From: Dipteris shenzhenensis
Lineage: Eukaryota
Length of the DNA: 64,000 bases
Strand: one strand, 5' to 3'
Assembly (NCBI GenBank): GCA_047967505.1
Contig: CM106538.1
Each line of letters opens with the position of its first letter. The stretch's first letter is position 1. The notes below the pieces were generated by a model. The model saw only the letters and a list, made by a program, of their open reading frames with translations, had not been told where the DNA came from and did not search any database. The position numbers and the translations under genes are program-made. Positions 50,201-62,294 of this stretch are shown here, one piece after another.

Positions 50201-52803
50201 GCTGCATCAAATGGAGGAGCATGCTTCCTTCCCAAACAACCATGACCAAGATATCCATCCAGTACAACCACCAACAACAGACCGAACTCCCCCAATGGTG
50301 CTTGGGAGGATTCAAGATAAAGAAGAGGAAGAAGAGCCTGGTGAACCACAATGGCAACGGCCATTCTTGAAGTGGGTAAAGTAGCTTTTGGATGGCAGAG
50401 AACCTCCAGCCATTGAGGAGGAACCATCTGAACACCATCGGGGTCCAACAGATTAGAGGAGTAAAGAAGGGCACATGAACACTTGGTCAACTATGCTTTG
50501 ATGACAGAGGTGATCCATGCTGATGAACCCAAGTGTCTTGAACAGGCACAGGGTGATGATAGGTGGATGGAGGCTATGTAGTTAGAGTATGGCTCCATAA
50601 TGAAGAACAGCACTTGGGACCTTGTGGATCGACCACCAAAACGCAAGGTAATCGGCACCAAGTGGGTGTACAAGACCAAGTACAAGTCCGACGGCACATT
50701 GGATAAGTACAAGGCTCGGCTCATGGCAAAAGGATTCGCACAGGTACATGGTTTTGATTATCAGGATACTTTTGCTCCCACAGCTCGACTAACCACAATT
50801 GGCAATGTTTTGGCTTTAGCAACCCAAGGAAGTTGGCCAATGTTTCAGATGGATGTAAAATCCACCTTTCTGAATGGAGATCTCAAGGAGGAGGTATATG
50901 TGGAACAACCACCAGGTTTTGCGATCCCCGGTTCAGAAGGTAAAGTCTACAAACTGAAGAAGGCACTTTACGGGCTGAAACAGGCCCACGAGCATGGTAC
51001 CAGCGAATTGATGCCTACTTTCTGCAAATTGGGTTCAAGAGGAACCCATCTGATGCAAATTTATATATCTTTAGAGAAGGAGGCAGGTGTATGATCGTGG
51101 TCATTTATGTGGATGACCTTGTCATAACAGGGAACCATGAAGAGAAGATCTTGTAGACAAAGCATTTGCTAGGAAGAGAGTTTGAAATGACAGACCTCGG
51201 ACTGATGCATTTCTGTTTGGGGATTGAAGTTTGGCAAGAGCCAAAATAGATCTTCATCTCACAGCTGAAGTATGCTGGAGAGATACTGAAGGCATTTGGC
51301 ATGGCTGAGTGTAAGACAGTTGGCACCCCTATGGAGGTTGACGTGAAGCTCTCAAATGAGGATTCATCACCACTGGTGGACAAAGCAAAGTACAGAAGGC
51401 TTGAGGGCAGCTTGATTTACTTGTGCAACACGCAGTCGGACATCAGTTTTGCGACTGGTGTACTAAGCAGGTTTTCCAAAAAGCCCCAGGAGAACCATTG
51501 GAGGGCAGGGATGCAGGTGCATAAATACATTAAAGGCACACTTGATTATGGCATCACCTATACCAAGGGCAACATCTTGACCAGATTCTGTGACTCGGAT
51601 TGGTGGGTAGGAGATGTGGATAGCATGAGATCAGTGACAGGTTACTATTTCTCACTTGGATTTGGAGCTGTGTCATGGGTCAGCAAGAAGCTACCCACAG
51701 TTGCTCTTTCTTCTATTGAGGCTGAGTACAAATCAGCATGTTTTGCTTCTTGTGAGGTAGTGTGGTTGAGGAGGATTTTAAGGGACATGGGTGCATTGCA
51801 GAACAAGCCTACGCAGTTATCATGTGACAATCAAAGTTGCATGGCAATTGCAAAGAACTGTGTGTTCCACGCTCGCACAAAATACATTGAGATTCAATAT
51901 CACTTTGTACATGAGCTCATCATGGATGGAGAGGTCGACTTGGTGTACTATCCGACTACAGAGAATGCTATGGACATCTTCATGAAGGCTCTTGGAAGAG
52001 ACTTGTTGGAGAGGAATCTTCATCGACTTGGCATTGGGCCGAAAAAGTAAGTTCACTTGCAGGTGGACATTGAGGGGGGGTGTTAGATATCAATGCTCCA
52101 CTCTCATGTAACTACGCAGGAACCAGCTAACTCTACTTGTAAGCCCCCCATATGAGGAGAAGGCATTTAAGTAGCTCGATTATCCGATAGGTCTTGGTTT
52201 GGACACCAGATGGGTGCCATGTGTGGCCTGATGGCTGGACCGCTTCAAATAGAGTTGGCACACTGCCAACTAGGCTACATGCAATGTGGGAAGGTATCCC
52301 ATGACTTACTGCACTAAGGATAGACGGAGCATTTCCCGGGGCAGAGCCCACTCTCGAGTTGCAGGCTCGTTTGGAGCCCCAGATGATCCCAAATGGCTCT
52401 AGGCTGAACAAAGACCGTAGGTTAGTTGCTCTATTTTGTGCCATGTTCTATCGTGTGGTCGATGGCCTACCGACCCCTAGTCGGTATTTTTGGGTGGACT
52501 AGGTCGGTCACCCAATTGGGTCTAACCGACTATGACTAGTGGCTATATAAGAGCAAGCTCGTGAAGCCCATTTCATCACTGGCTACAGCAACCCCGATTC
52601 CTTAGCATCCAGCCTCCGTCCTCTACTGTTTCCAGATCACCATCGAAGCTTCTCTCATAGGAGTGCATGGCTGGGAGGCAGCGCCATCTATTGTATCGGT
52701 TTTATAGTAATCAAATTTTTGATTCTCCATACTATCTGCTTTTCTCTCTTGCATACGAGATCCTATTATCTCTTGAGCACAGACGTTGTATTGTTTTCTT
52801 ACA
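47248..52803 (+). mobile_element. Full-length Copia LTR retrotransposon with disrupted gag-pol
   Basis: LTRs at 47248-47977 and 52081-52803; PBS TGGTATCAGAGC at 47978; PPT GAGGGGGGG. Contains gag (KLDGTDYPLWK), PR (INSGASCHM), INT (HERFGH, RSDRGGEF), RT (YKARLMAKGF, YVDD) and RNase H ending at 52050. Confidence 0.95.
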
Positions 52804-52811
52804 AGAATTAC

Positions 52812-52960
52812 CTAGAAAAAGTTCTGAGATTGGAAAGATTGAAAAGTAAGATTGATTGATCTTCCTTGCTCTTCCTCTTGCTCTTGATTGTTGAAATGAT
52901 AATAAATGAGAGGAGGAAGGTATATATAAGCAAAGCTAGGGTTTAGATTTTAGGGCCCCT
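52812..52960 (-). promoter_or_regulatory. Putative Pol II promoter and non-coding first exon
   Basis: On the minus strand: GGGCCC, telo-box AAACCCTAG (52936-52944), TATATATA (52921-52928), a leader of about 80 nt, then an AG|GTAATT donor at 52811. Confidence 0.45.
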
Positions 52961-53586
52961 CCTTCCCACTCCCCCATTGGTTCTCCTCTTCTTCATCCTA
53001 CTGCTTCCCCCCCCCTTCGCTCCCCCCCTCATCCCACTCCCTCCTCCATTCTTACTTCCACTTACCCATTCGCCCTCCTACTCGCCTCTGCCATGCTCCT
53101 CTCTCCTCCCACACTTCTCTTACCCCCTCCCACACTCCTCTTCCATCCTCCATTCCCCCTTCCCATGCGCCTCTCTCGTTTCCCCTTGCCCCTTCCCCAT
53201 TCCCACCCCCACTCCCCCTCCCACTCCCCCATTCCCCCTCCCATGGTCCTCCCTCCTCCCCAACTCCCCACTCGCCTCTCCCACTCTCCTCTCTTCTCCA
53301 CCTATTGCACTCCAACTCCCTCATTACCCTCCCCCTCACACTTCCCCTCCCTTCTCCACCTTCCTTCCCCTCCCACTTTCCTATCTCCCTCTCCTCATTC
53401 CTCTACCCACTTCCCCATCCATGTGCCTCCTCCTCACACACACACACGCACACACACACATGAAATTTAATACGTGCATGCATACATATGTATGTATTTA
53501 TGTATTAAATTATATATAATATAATATATCGCATACATACATATGTGTGTGCATGTGTGCATGTGCATGTGCATGTGTGCGTGCAT

Positions 53587-53624
<38 letters not shown>

Positions 53625-53799
53625 CCTCCTCTTACACACCTTACTCAATGGATATGTTGCACTACGTTTTTGTTTCCAATTGGTATTATACTTTGTATAT
53701 TACTCTAGCTTACTCAATTTAAGGCTTGTGCAAAGTATCATACCCATTGAATATCATTTGCATGGTTGGGGATGCTTTTTTCCTTGGTTTTTACCACAC

Positions 53800-54115
53800 A
53801 GAGGTCGAAGGCGAGAGCGGAGGTGGAGGTCAAAAGCGAGGGAGAGGGGCGGCGACAGAGGCGAGGGCGGAGGGCGGAGGGGGGGCAAGGGACGAGGGCG
53901 AGGGCAGAAAGCAGAGGGGCAGAGGGGCGAGGGGCGAGGGCAGAGGACGGAGGGGTGAGGGGCGAGGGGTGAGGCGGAGGGGCAGAGGGGCGAGGGGCGA
54001 AGGGGCGGAGGGGCGAGGGGCGGGGGCAGAGGGCTAAGGGCGGGGGGCAGAGGGGGGCGAGGGGCGGGGGTGGAGGGCTGAGGGGCGGGGTGTGGTGGCG
54101 AGCGGTGAGGGTCAA
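53800..54115 (+). repeat. G-rich (GAGGGGC/A)n degenerate heptamer repeat
   Basis: Directly visible; joined to the broken 3' end of Gypsy copy 2. Confidence 0.85.
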
Positions 54116-57100
54116 GGGGTTTCCTACCATATGGCTCATGCAGCTCCTGAACTTGTACAGACCCATTGCTACGTTCCTTGATGACTTTGTATGGACCGGG
54201 GCTCGACAAAATCTATTCCCCACTTCTGAAACGAATGGATGGACATCACTGGGTGATGTTGCCCAGGATGCAAATCCTTCCTACCAAAGAATTGGCATGG
54301 TTCACAAGTTTTGCAATACAAAGTGACATCCTTGAACAAGGTCGGCCAATAGTATCCAGCATGTAAAATCTTCTTGGTTGTATAGTCACTAGCATAGTGG
54401 CCTCCACAAAATCCATCATGATAATGCTTCAATACCTTAGGTACTTCATCTGCATCAATGGCCCGTCTTAGTATCCCATCCATGCCTTGATGGTACAACA
54501 CCCCATCAAAGAGGGTGTAGCGCCTACTATCTTTGCGGATCTTCTTTCTCTCATAGCTAGTACTTTCTGGAGGAAAGGAGAAAGTAGTTAGAAACCTATA
54601 GATACCGCCATACCATGGACACTTCTATGGCTGCTACAAGGGTTACATTGAGGCACTCCTCTAAATCAATCAAAGCATTCTTCAAGTTGGAACAACCCCT
54701 TTTTACAATTTTGAAAGAAAAATCTTATTCTTGTAGAACTGCCAACCATTTGGCCAACCGGCCCATGGGATTTGGTGATTGAAGAACCTACTTTGCAAGA
54801 CCATTGCTTGAGATTATAATGAAGGACTTTCCAGCCACATAATGCTTAAATTTCTCAATGCAGAAAACCAAAGACAAGGCATGCTTGTCAGCCTTTGAGT
54901 AGTGTCATTCGGTGTCGAGCAATTGTCGAGAAGCAAATCAAACGGGATACATGAACCGATCCTCCCCTTGTTGGAGAAGAATACCTGCCAAAGTGTGCTC
55001 ACCAAACCTAGGATTAATATAGAAAGTCTTTGACCAATCTGGATTGTGTAGAATGGGTTTTGAAGCCAGAGCATTCTTGATTTGTGCAAACCCATGATCA
55101 CAATCCTCATCCCAAGAGAAATCAACCCCATCTTTTAATAGCATAGTCATGGGTCGTGTCAAAGCAGCATATTGATCAATGAAGCAGCAATAGTATCCTG
55201 CTAGATTAACAAATGAGTATACCTGACATTTGGTTGTTGGCGGGGAGAGCTTGAGGATGGCTTCTACCTTCTCAGGGTCAAGCTTGACACCCTCGGATGA
55301 GACAATATGTCCCAGTAACCTCCCTTGAGTGGCTCCAATGGTGCATTTCTCTCGGTTGAGACTGCCATTCGCATCATTAACCCTTTGGAAGGCCAACCTA
55401 ACCTTCATGAAGTGCTCCTTACGTGATGAGAATATACAAGAATCATCTAAAAACACCTCCAAGAAATCCCCCATATAAGAAGCAAACACCATCTGCATAA
55501 ATCTTTGAAAGGTCGCAAGAGCATTGGTGAGGCTAAATGGCATTACTTTGAATGCAAATGTCCCCCAGGGTGTGGCAAATGTGGTTTTAAGCACATCTTC
55601 TTCAGCAATTCTAATTTGATAAAACCCAGAGTAACCATCACAGAAAGTGTACATCTCATGACCACTTACCTTCTCAAGAATGAGGTCTTGAAAGGGAAGA
55701 GGATGATGGTCCCTCTTAGTGGCTGCATTGAGTTTCTTATAGTCGGCTGCCACTTGTTATTTTCCTTTGGGGTGACTACCACTGGTGAAACCCATTTAGT
55801 ATTGTGAAGTAGAATAATAAACCTAGCTTCTACAAGCTTTTGCAACTCCGAGCACAAAGCATCGGCCTATAGGGGCCCTAATCTCCGATACTTCTAAGCC
55901 ACAGGCTTCGTATCAGGCTTCAGCTCTATCTTGTCTCTATGGTAGTCACATGGTGAAGGTGTTGGTAGCTAGTTGCAAAGAGGTCAAGGAAATCTTTGAA
56001 CATTTCTAGGAACTCCTCTTTCTCACTTGGAGTGAGGTCTGGGGAAAGCATAGATTCAAGCTGTTGAGGATGAGCTATTACCTTTTCTGCATGTGGCGGG
56101 GTCGGAGACACCCCCATCATGTAAACCTCCTCCTCTGAGAACTCCTCCCCCTTGTCTGATTCTTCCATTGATTCAGATACTGAGGATGAGAGAGTATCAC
56201 TGTCTTGCTCCTCTTCTTCTTCTAGTTCCATGGCACCTAGTTGCACTAGGATCTTCTCCTTAGAAGCACCAAAAGACATGTGTCCTATCTTCCAATAGCT
56301 GACTGCATCACTCTTTCTCAACCATGGTCTCTCGAGTATGGCTGGGTAACTCCTACCTGTATCTTCAATGTCCACTACATAGAAATCGACGGTGGTGCTC
56401 AACCCATTGACAGTGATGGGCAAATCCTCAATGACTCCTAGGGTGGTGAGTCATCGACCATCTGCTACCTTGATTCAAGTGGAGGAACGCCTTGTACATT
56501 TCAAATTCAATTTCTTCATGATTCGGGGCACCATGATATTGCATGCAGCTCCCCCATCAACACACACATTTTTGACACGGCAATTATCTATGATGACATC
56601 GACTGTCTGTGGGTGCCGATCAATTTCTTTAGAGATAGAAGATACCTCTCTTACCTTTCCCTTTTTCTTGTTCCTCCTTGTTAAGAGCCCTTGCTATAGC
56701 TCACGTCTCACCTTAGGGCTTAATGCTATTAGTTAAGGGAGCGTGATGCTCAAAGAACGATGAGCAAGGTCCTGAATGATTGAATAGTCTTCTTGCCCCG
56801 AGCCGATGGGAAAATCTGAGGGTGACCACTTACTCCTATGAGTTCTTTTAGTCTTCTCTATTGGTGGGTCTGCCATCTCAGCATCTGAGGGCTCTGAGAA
56901 GGACACCTTCTTCCTGGGGCAGCCTGGTCCATGGTTTGGAGAGGGGTCCGAGGTGGTACGACTTCTTTTCCCAAGGTCAAGTATCTCTACATCAGAATCC
57001 TCAGTGCTAGATTCACTTAGAAGATTCACCCTTGGAATATTGGGACATTCCATGTGATAATGACCTTTCTGGTGGCACTCGTAGCATATAACATTAGCTT

Positions 57101-58719
57101 GGTCTCTTGGAGGGCGGTTGGCTTGATTTCTGATGCCCACCACCTCAAGCCAAAGATCATTCAGGGCCTTGGCTAGGTCATTAACTCCGGGTTCTTTTGC
57201 AGGAGAGGCCTCTTTAGCTGGAGGGGCCGAGGGAGTAGAAAGGAGGGGGGCTCGTGGGCAAGGCTGGGAAAATCTTTGAGGCAGAGGGTGAAGAGAAAGA
57301 GAAGAAGAAGAAGAGAAGAGAGGGGGGCATGGAATCTGTAACAGCTTTGCAGAAACCCAAAAAAACAATCCGTGACCAGAAGATGCAGGAGCCCAGAAAA
57401 ATGTCGAGATCTATCCGCGATGCATGCGGGTGTACACAGTGGATGGACAAATGCGCACGCGAGAGCACAGATGTAGTTCTGCAACTGCGATCGGCGGTAC
57501 GAGCAAAAGATTCGCAGCTAGAATACACGTGGGAATCGTAAGCAAAAAGTAGGCCGCCGACTGGAAGCGCAGAAGCAGGGTGGTTTTGCAGCCATAGAGA
57601 CAGGGAAGGCATGCAGTTTGGAGGTGCAAAAGAAGAGAACTACACATGGAAGAGGCCGCAGTGCCACACCCAGTCATAGGAGTAACAGATTTTATACCAC
57701 TGGCTGTGGAGATTTCGATGTTAGTAGCCACACCATTTTTATTAGCCAGAAAAGAAATCAGGACCAAATGCTAGGGGCTAAGCATGGCGATGCTTGAGGG
57801 CCATAGAGGAAAGGAGAATGTGAGGGTGAAACATTATCATGGGAGGGGAAAAGGAATTAGAAGGGGAGGGAATAAAGAGGGAGACTATGACACAAGGGGA
57901 AAGGGAGAGGGGGAAGAGAAGCACGTACATGATGGGAGGAGGAATGTAAAGATGGAGACATCAAGGGAAGAGGACCATGCTTTATTTTGAAAGGAATGGA
58001 AGGGAGAAATCAAAGTACTAGCTAGGTGGCTTTACAAGAATGAGCATGTCTCATCAAGGAATAGCCCCGTCCTTTTATAGCCAAGAGAGAGGGTCTCTCC
58101 CAATAAATGCATCCTCCCACATGCATGGTGTGTGTGGAAGAGTCTCCCATGTGGGCTAGGCGGTTATGCACTCTCAATTATGTGCGATAACACTTGGCCA
58201 CATTTTTCCACATATATCAACTTCCATATCCCAAGTCTATGATACTCCCTTGATCTCTTCCCAATTTTATAATACGTTCAAACATCTAGAAGGACAAGTG
58301 GAGGGTTGGTACAAGGAATCTTGCCACCTCATCCTACTTTCCCCATTATTTAACTTGCATCCTTGGACTATCTATACCTCCCCCACATGGGCCTATCCTA
58401 TATGGAGGGAATAACCCAATATAATATCCATCTCCACCTATTTTATATTACTTCTCCCATGGACTTTGAGCCATATCTCACTAAATGTAGCCTAGGTGGA
58501 GGGGTGGCACATGGAGGAGCCATGCCACCTTATATTTTATAATATTACTACCATGGATCACACCTTATGGGTCCTCTTACGTGGAAGGGTGGCACATGGT
58601 CATGCCCTGCCACCTCAACCCTCGGCCCTATGCACACCATATTTTATTATACTATTGCCACACATACAAACACACACACATATTAATGCCTTTTTCCTTA
58701 GACAAATTTATCCATAACA
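54116..58719 (-). mobile_element. Gypsy LTR retrotransposon, copy 2 (same family as 5230-13732): 5' LTR, partial gag, PR, RT-RH, mostly deleted INT, no 3' LTR
   Basis: LTR at 57740-58719 followed by a TGGTG.. PBS-like site. RT 54938-55857 (DGYSGFYQI, FLDDSCIF). The integrase jumps from GIDFV to GPYK at ~54199, a loss of about 0.7 kb relative to copy 1. Confidence 0.92.
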
Positions 58720-58751
<32 letters not shown>

Positions 58752-61700
58752 ATACCCATTTTGAGTAGTAAACAGATTTCACACACACAAACACTATTTC
58801 TTTACACACACACACACACATGTATACTTTTCCAACTATCAATTATTATTTTATGTATCCCCCGTGCAATCACTTATTCACTCCTTACTCCACATGTGAC
58901 TTAAACTTCACTGGTGGCTTAAATTTTTTTAATTATCTAATAATCCATATTCTTGTCTATATTCCTAGGTAAAGCGATAACAAGTTCGAGAAAACAGGGA
59001 TTATCTGTCTACCCAAATGTAACTATGATGTTCTAACTCCTAGTTTGTTTGGATGGTGGCAAGTAAGTGGACCCTGACCTCGGAACCTGGAATGGCTGAG
59101 GATTTGACATCTTTTTTCAATATTATGTTTTTCAAACTCAATATTATTAAAAATTCTTAATTTTGATCGAATTCTTTGCAAACTCTAGTTGTTGCGTTTT
59201 TCAATTTAGATGTCTCAAACCTTTTTTCCTTATATGTTTTCCTTTTCTTACTTTTTATCCAATTGATGGAATTAATTGTATGGCTCAATTATTGATGGGA
59301 ATTTTTAATCTAAACATACACTTTGATTTCCCAATTAGCCTTTGGTCGCGGACAACTAATTCACATCTAGTGGGATAAGTCTTTAGCATGGATAACCCTA
59401 GTCATTTTGTGATCCCCCTTATTTTTTACTTTTTATATCTATCTTATAGACGTGGTTTACGCATTTACTAGTGGCATCATTTTTTTCATTTTGACACTTA
59501 TCATACTGATCCACTTTTATTCACTTGCTAGCAGTAAGTGGGGAATGAGTTCCACATGGTGGGCTCAATTCCCACCATGTGGTCTTACCCTCTAGGTTGG
59601 GGATGGTGGGCCACACGCACACACACACACATGCCCATTTTGATTAATAAACATATCTCATGCACAAAGACACTTATTTCTTTACACACACACCTGTATA
59701 CTTTTCTAACTATGAATTATTCTTTTATGTACTTCCTATGAAATCAATCATTCGCTCCTTACTCCACTTGTGACTTAAACTTCACTTGTGGCTTTTTTAA
59801 TTAATTATCTAAGAGCCCATATGGTTGTCTTTATTCCTAGGTGAAGCGATAACATGCCGGGGAAAATGGGCATTGCCTATCTACCTAAACGTAACTTTGA
59901 TGTTCTAACACCTAGTTTGTTTGCATCATGGCAGATAAGTGGACCTTGACCTTGAAACCTAGATTGCCTGAGGGTTGAACATCTTTTTTCAATATTATGT
60001 TTGTCAAACTCAATATTATTAAAATTTCTTAAATTTGATCAAAATCTTTGCAAACTCTAGTTGTTGCATTTTTCAACTTAGATGTCTTAGACATTTTTTC
60101 CTTATATGTTTTTCTTTTTTGACTTTTTATCCAATTGATGGAATTAATTGTATGGTTCAATTATTGATGGGAATTTTGAATCTCAACACACACTTTGATT
60201 TTCCAACTAGACTTTGGTTGGGGCTAGTGCCATACAGCTAACTAACATCCATTGGATAATTCTTTAGCATGGATAATCCTTAGGCATTTTGTGATCCCCC
60301 TTATTTTTAACTATTTATATATATTTTGCAGAAGTGGTTTAGGCATTTACTAGTGGTATCATTTTTTCATTTTGATACTCATCATACAGATCCACTTTGA
60401 TTCACTTGTTATCAATAGGTGGCAATCCCCACCATGTGGTTTTACCCTCTGGGTTGGGGGTTGGGCCACACACACATACCCATTTTGATTTAGTAAACAT
60501 GTCTCACACACAGAGACACTTATTTCTTTACACACACACACATGTATAAGTTTCTATCTATGAATTATTATTTTATGTACTGTGAAATCACTCATTTGCT
60601 CCTTACTCCACTTGTGACTTAAACTTCACTTGTGGCTTCTTTTTTAAAAATATTAATTATCTAAGAGTCCATATGGTTGTCTATATTCCTAGGTAAAGTG
60701 ATAACAAGCTGAGAAAACGGGCATTACCTGTCTACTCAAATGTAACTATGATGTTCTAAGACCTAGTTTGTTTGGATGGTGGCAGGTAAGTGGACCCAAA
60801 CCTTAGAACGTGGACTGCCTAAGGATTCATCGTCTTTTTTCAATATTATGTTTGTCTAACTCAATATTATTAAAATTTCTCAATTTTAATTGAAAGTTTT
60901 GCAAACTCTAGTTGTTGCATTTTTCAACTTAGATGTCTCAAACATTTTTTCCTTATATGTTTTCTTTTTTTAACCTTTTATCGAATTGATGAAATTAATT
61001 GTATGGCTCAATTATTTGTGGAATTTTTTAATCTAAACACACACTTTAATTTCCCAACTAGACTTTGGTCGAGCTAGTGCCATACATTTAATTCACATCC
61101 ATTGGATAAATCTTTAGCATGGATAAATCCCTAGTCATTTTGTGATCCACCTTAGTTTTTACCATTTATATCTATTTTTCAAAAGTGGTTTACACATTTA
61201 CTAGTGGCATCATTTTTTCATTTTGACACTTATCATACAGATCTACTTTTATTCACTTGCTATCAGTAGTTGGGGAGTGATTTCCACATGGTGGGCTTAC
61301 TCCCCACCATGTGATCTTATCCTCGGGGTTGGGGGTGGGCCACACATACACACAAACACACATACCCATTTTGATTAGTAAGCATATCTCACACACACAG
61401 GCATGTATTTCTTCACACACACACACACCCCTACACACACACACACATGTATCTTTTTCTAACTATGACTTATTCTTTTATGTACCCCCCGTGAAATCAC
61501 TCATTTGCTCCTTACTCCACTTGTGACATAAACTTCACTTGTGGCTTTAATCATCTAAGAATCCATATTGTTGTCTACATTCCTAGGTAAAGTGATAAAC
61601 AAGCCAAGGAAAACAGGCATTACATGTCCACCCAAATGTAACTATGATGTTCTAACACCTAGTTTGTTTGGATGATGGCAAGTAAGTGGACTTCGACCTC

Positions 61701-62023
61701 GAAACCTGGACTGCCTAAGGATTGGACGTCTTTTTTCAATATTATGTTTGTCAAACTCAATATTATTCAAAATTTCTAATTTTTATCGTCAAGAGTTTTG
61801 CAAACTCTAGTTCTTGCATTTTTCAACTTAGATGTCTCAAACATTTTTTCCTTGTTTAACTTTTTATCCAATTGATGGAATTAATTGTATGGCTCAATAA
61901 TTGATGGGAATTTTTTAATCTAAGCACACACTTTGATTTCCCAACTAGCCTTTGGTTGTGGGCTAGTGCCATACAATTAATTCACATCCATTAGATATTT
62001 CTTTAGCATGGATAATCCCTAGT
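58720..62023. repeat. Tandem array of about 3.8 diverged units of ~850-895 bp
   Basis: The marker CCTAGGT recurs at 58964, 59836, 60688 and 61582; whole units align by eye; (CA)n lies at unit junctions. Confidence 0.93.
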
Positions 62024-62030
62024 TACTTTA

Positions 62031-62290
62031 AATGGTGCATATCATGTTGGAATCATTGATTGGGGTATGGCACAAGACATTGAAAAAGAGCCTAGAAAGG
62101 CTTTCAAAAAATTGAAGCACTTGCCAAGCAAGAATTTAGAGGATTGGCATTGATGGCGGATCTAGGAATGCGAGCATGAACATGCTTGAAAACATTGGTT
62201 TGCACTGGAACTGCAAAATTTTTCAAGAAGAGGTAGATATAGTTCAAGACACTTTTGCCCTTGGTTGGATTATTAGTGAAATGATCCACT
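62031..62290 (+). pseudogene. Protein kinase-like fragment (subdomains VII-IX), frameshifted
   Basis: HVGIIDWGMA (DFG-equivalent), HWFALEL (APE-equivalent) and QDTFALGWIISEM (D.WS.G-equivalent) occur in the correct order. Confidence 0.6.
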
Positions 62291-62294
62291 TCTT

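Noticed and set aside
52977-54223. Pro-rich and Gly/Arg-rich ORFs (extensin-like)
   Set aside because: They are translations of simple C/G-rich repeats, open in several frames at once.
60775-60795. U1 snRNA 5' end (ACTTACCTG on the minus strand) or a C/D snoRNA in the array cassette
   Set aside because: The match is only the complement of a splice donor and no U1 stem-loops or Sm site follow. The box C-like motif is TGATGT, and box D is not conserved among units.
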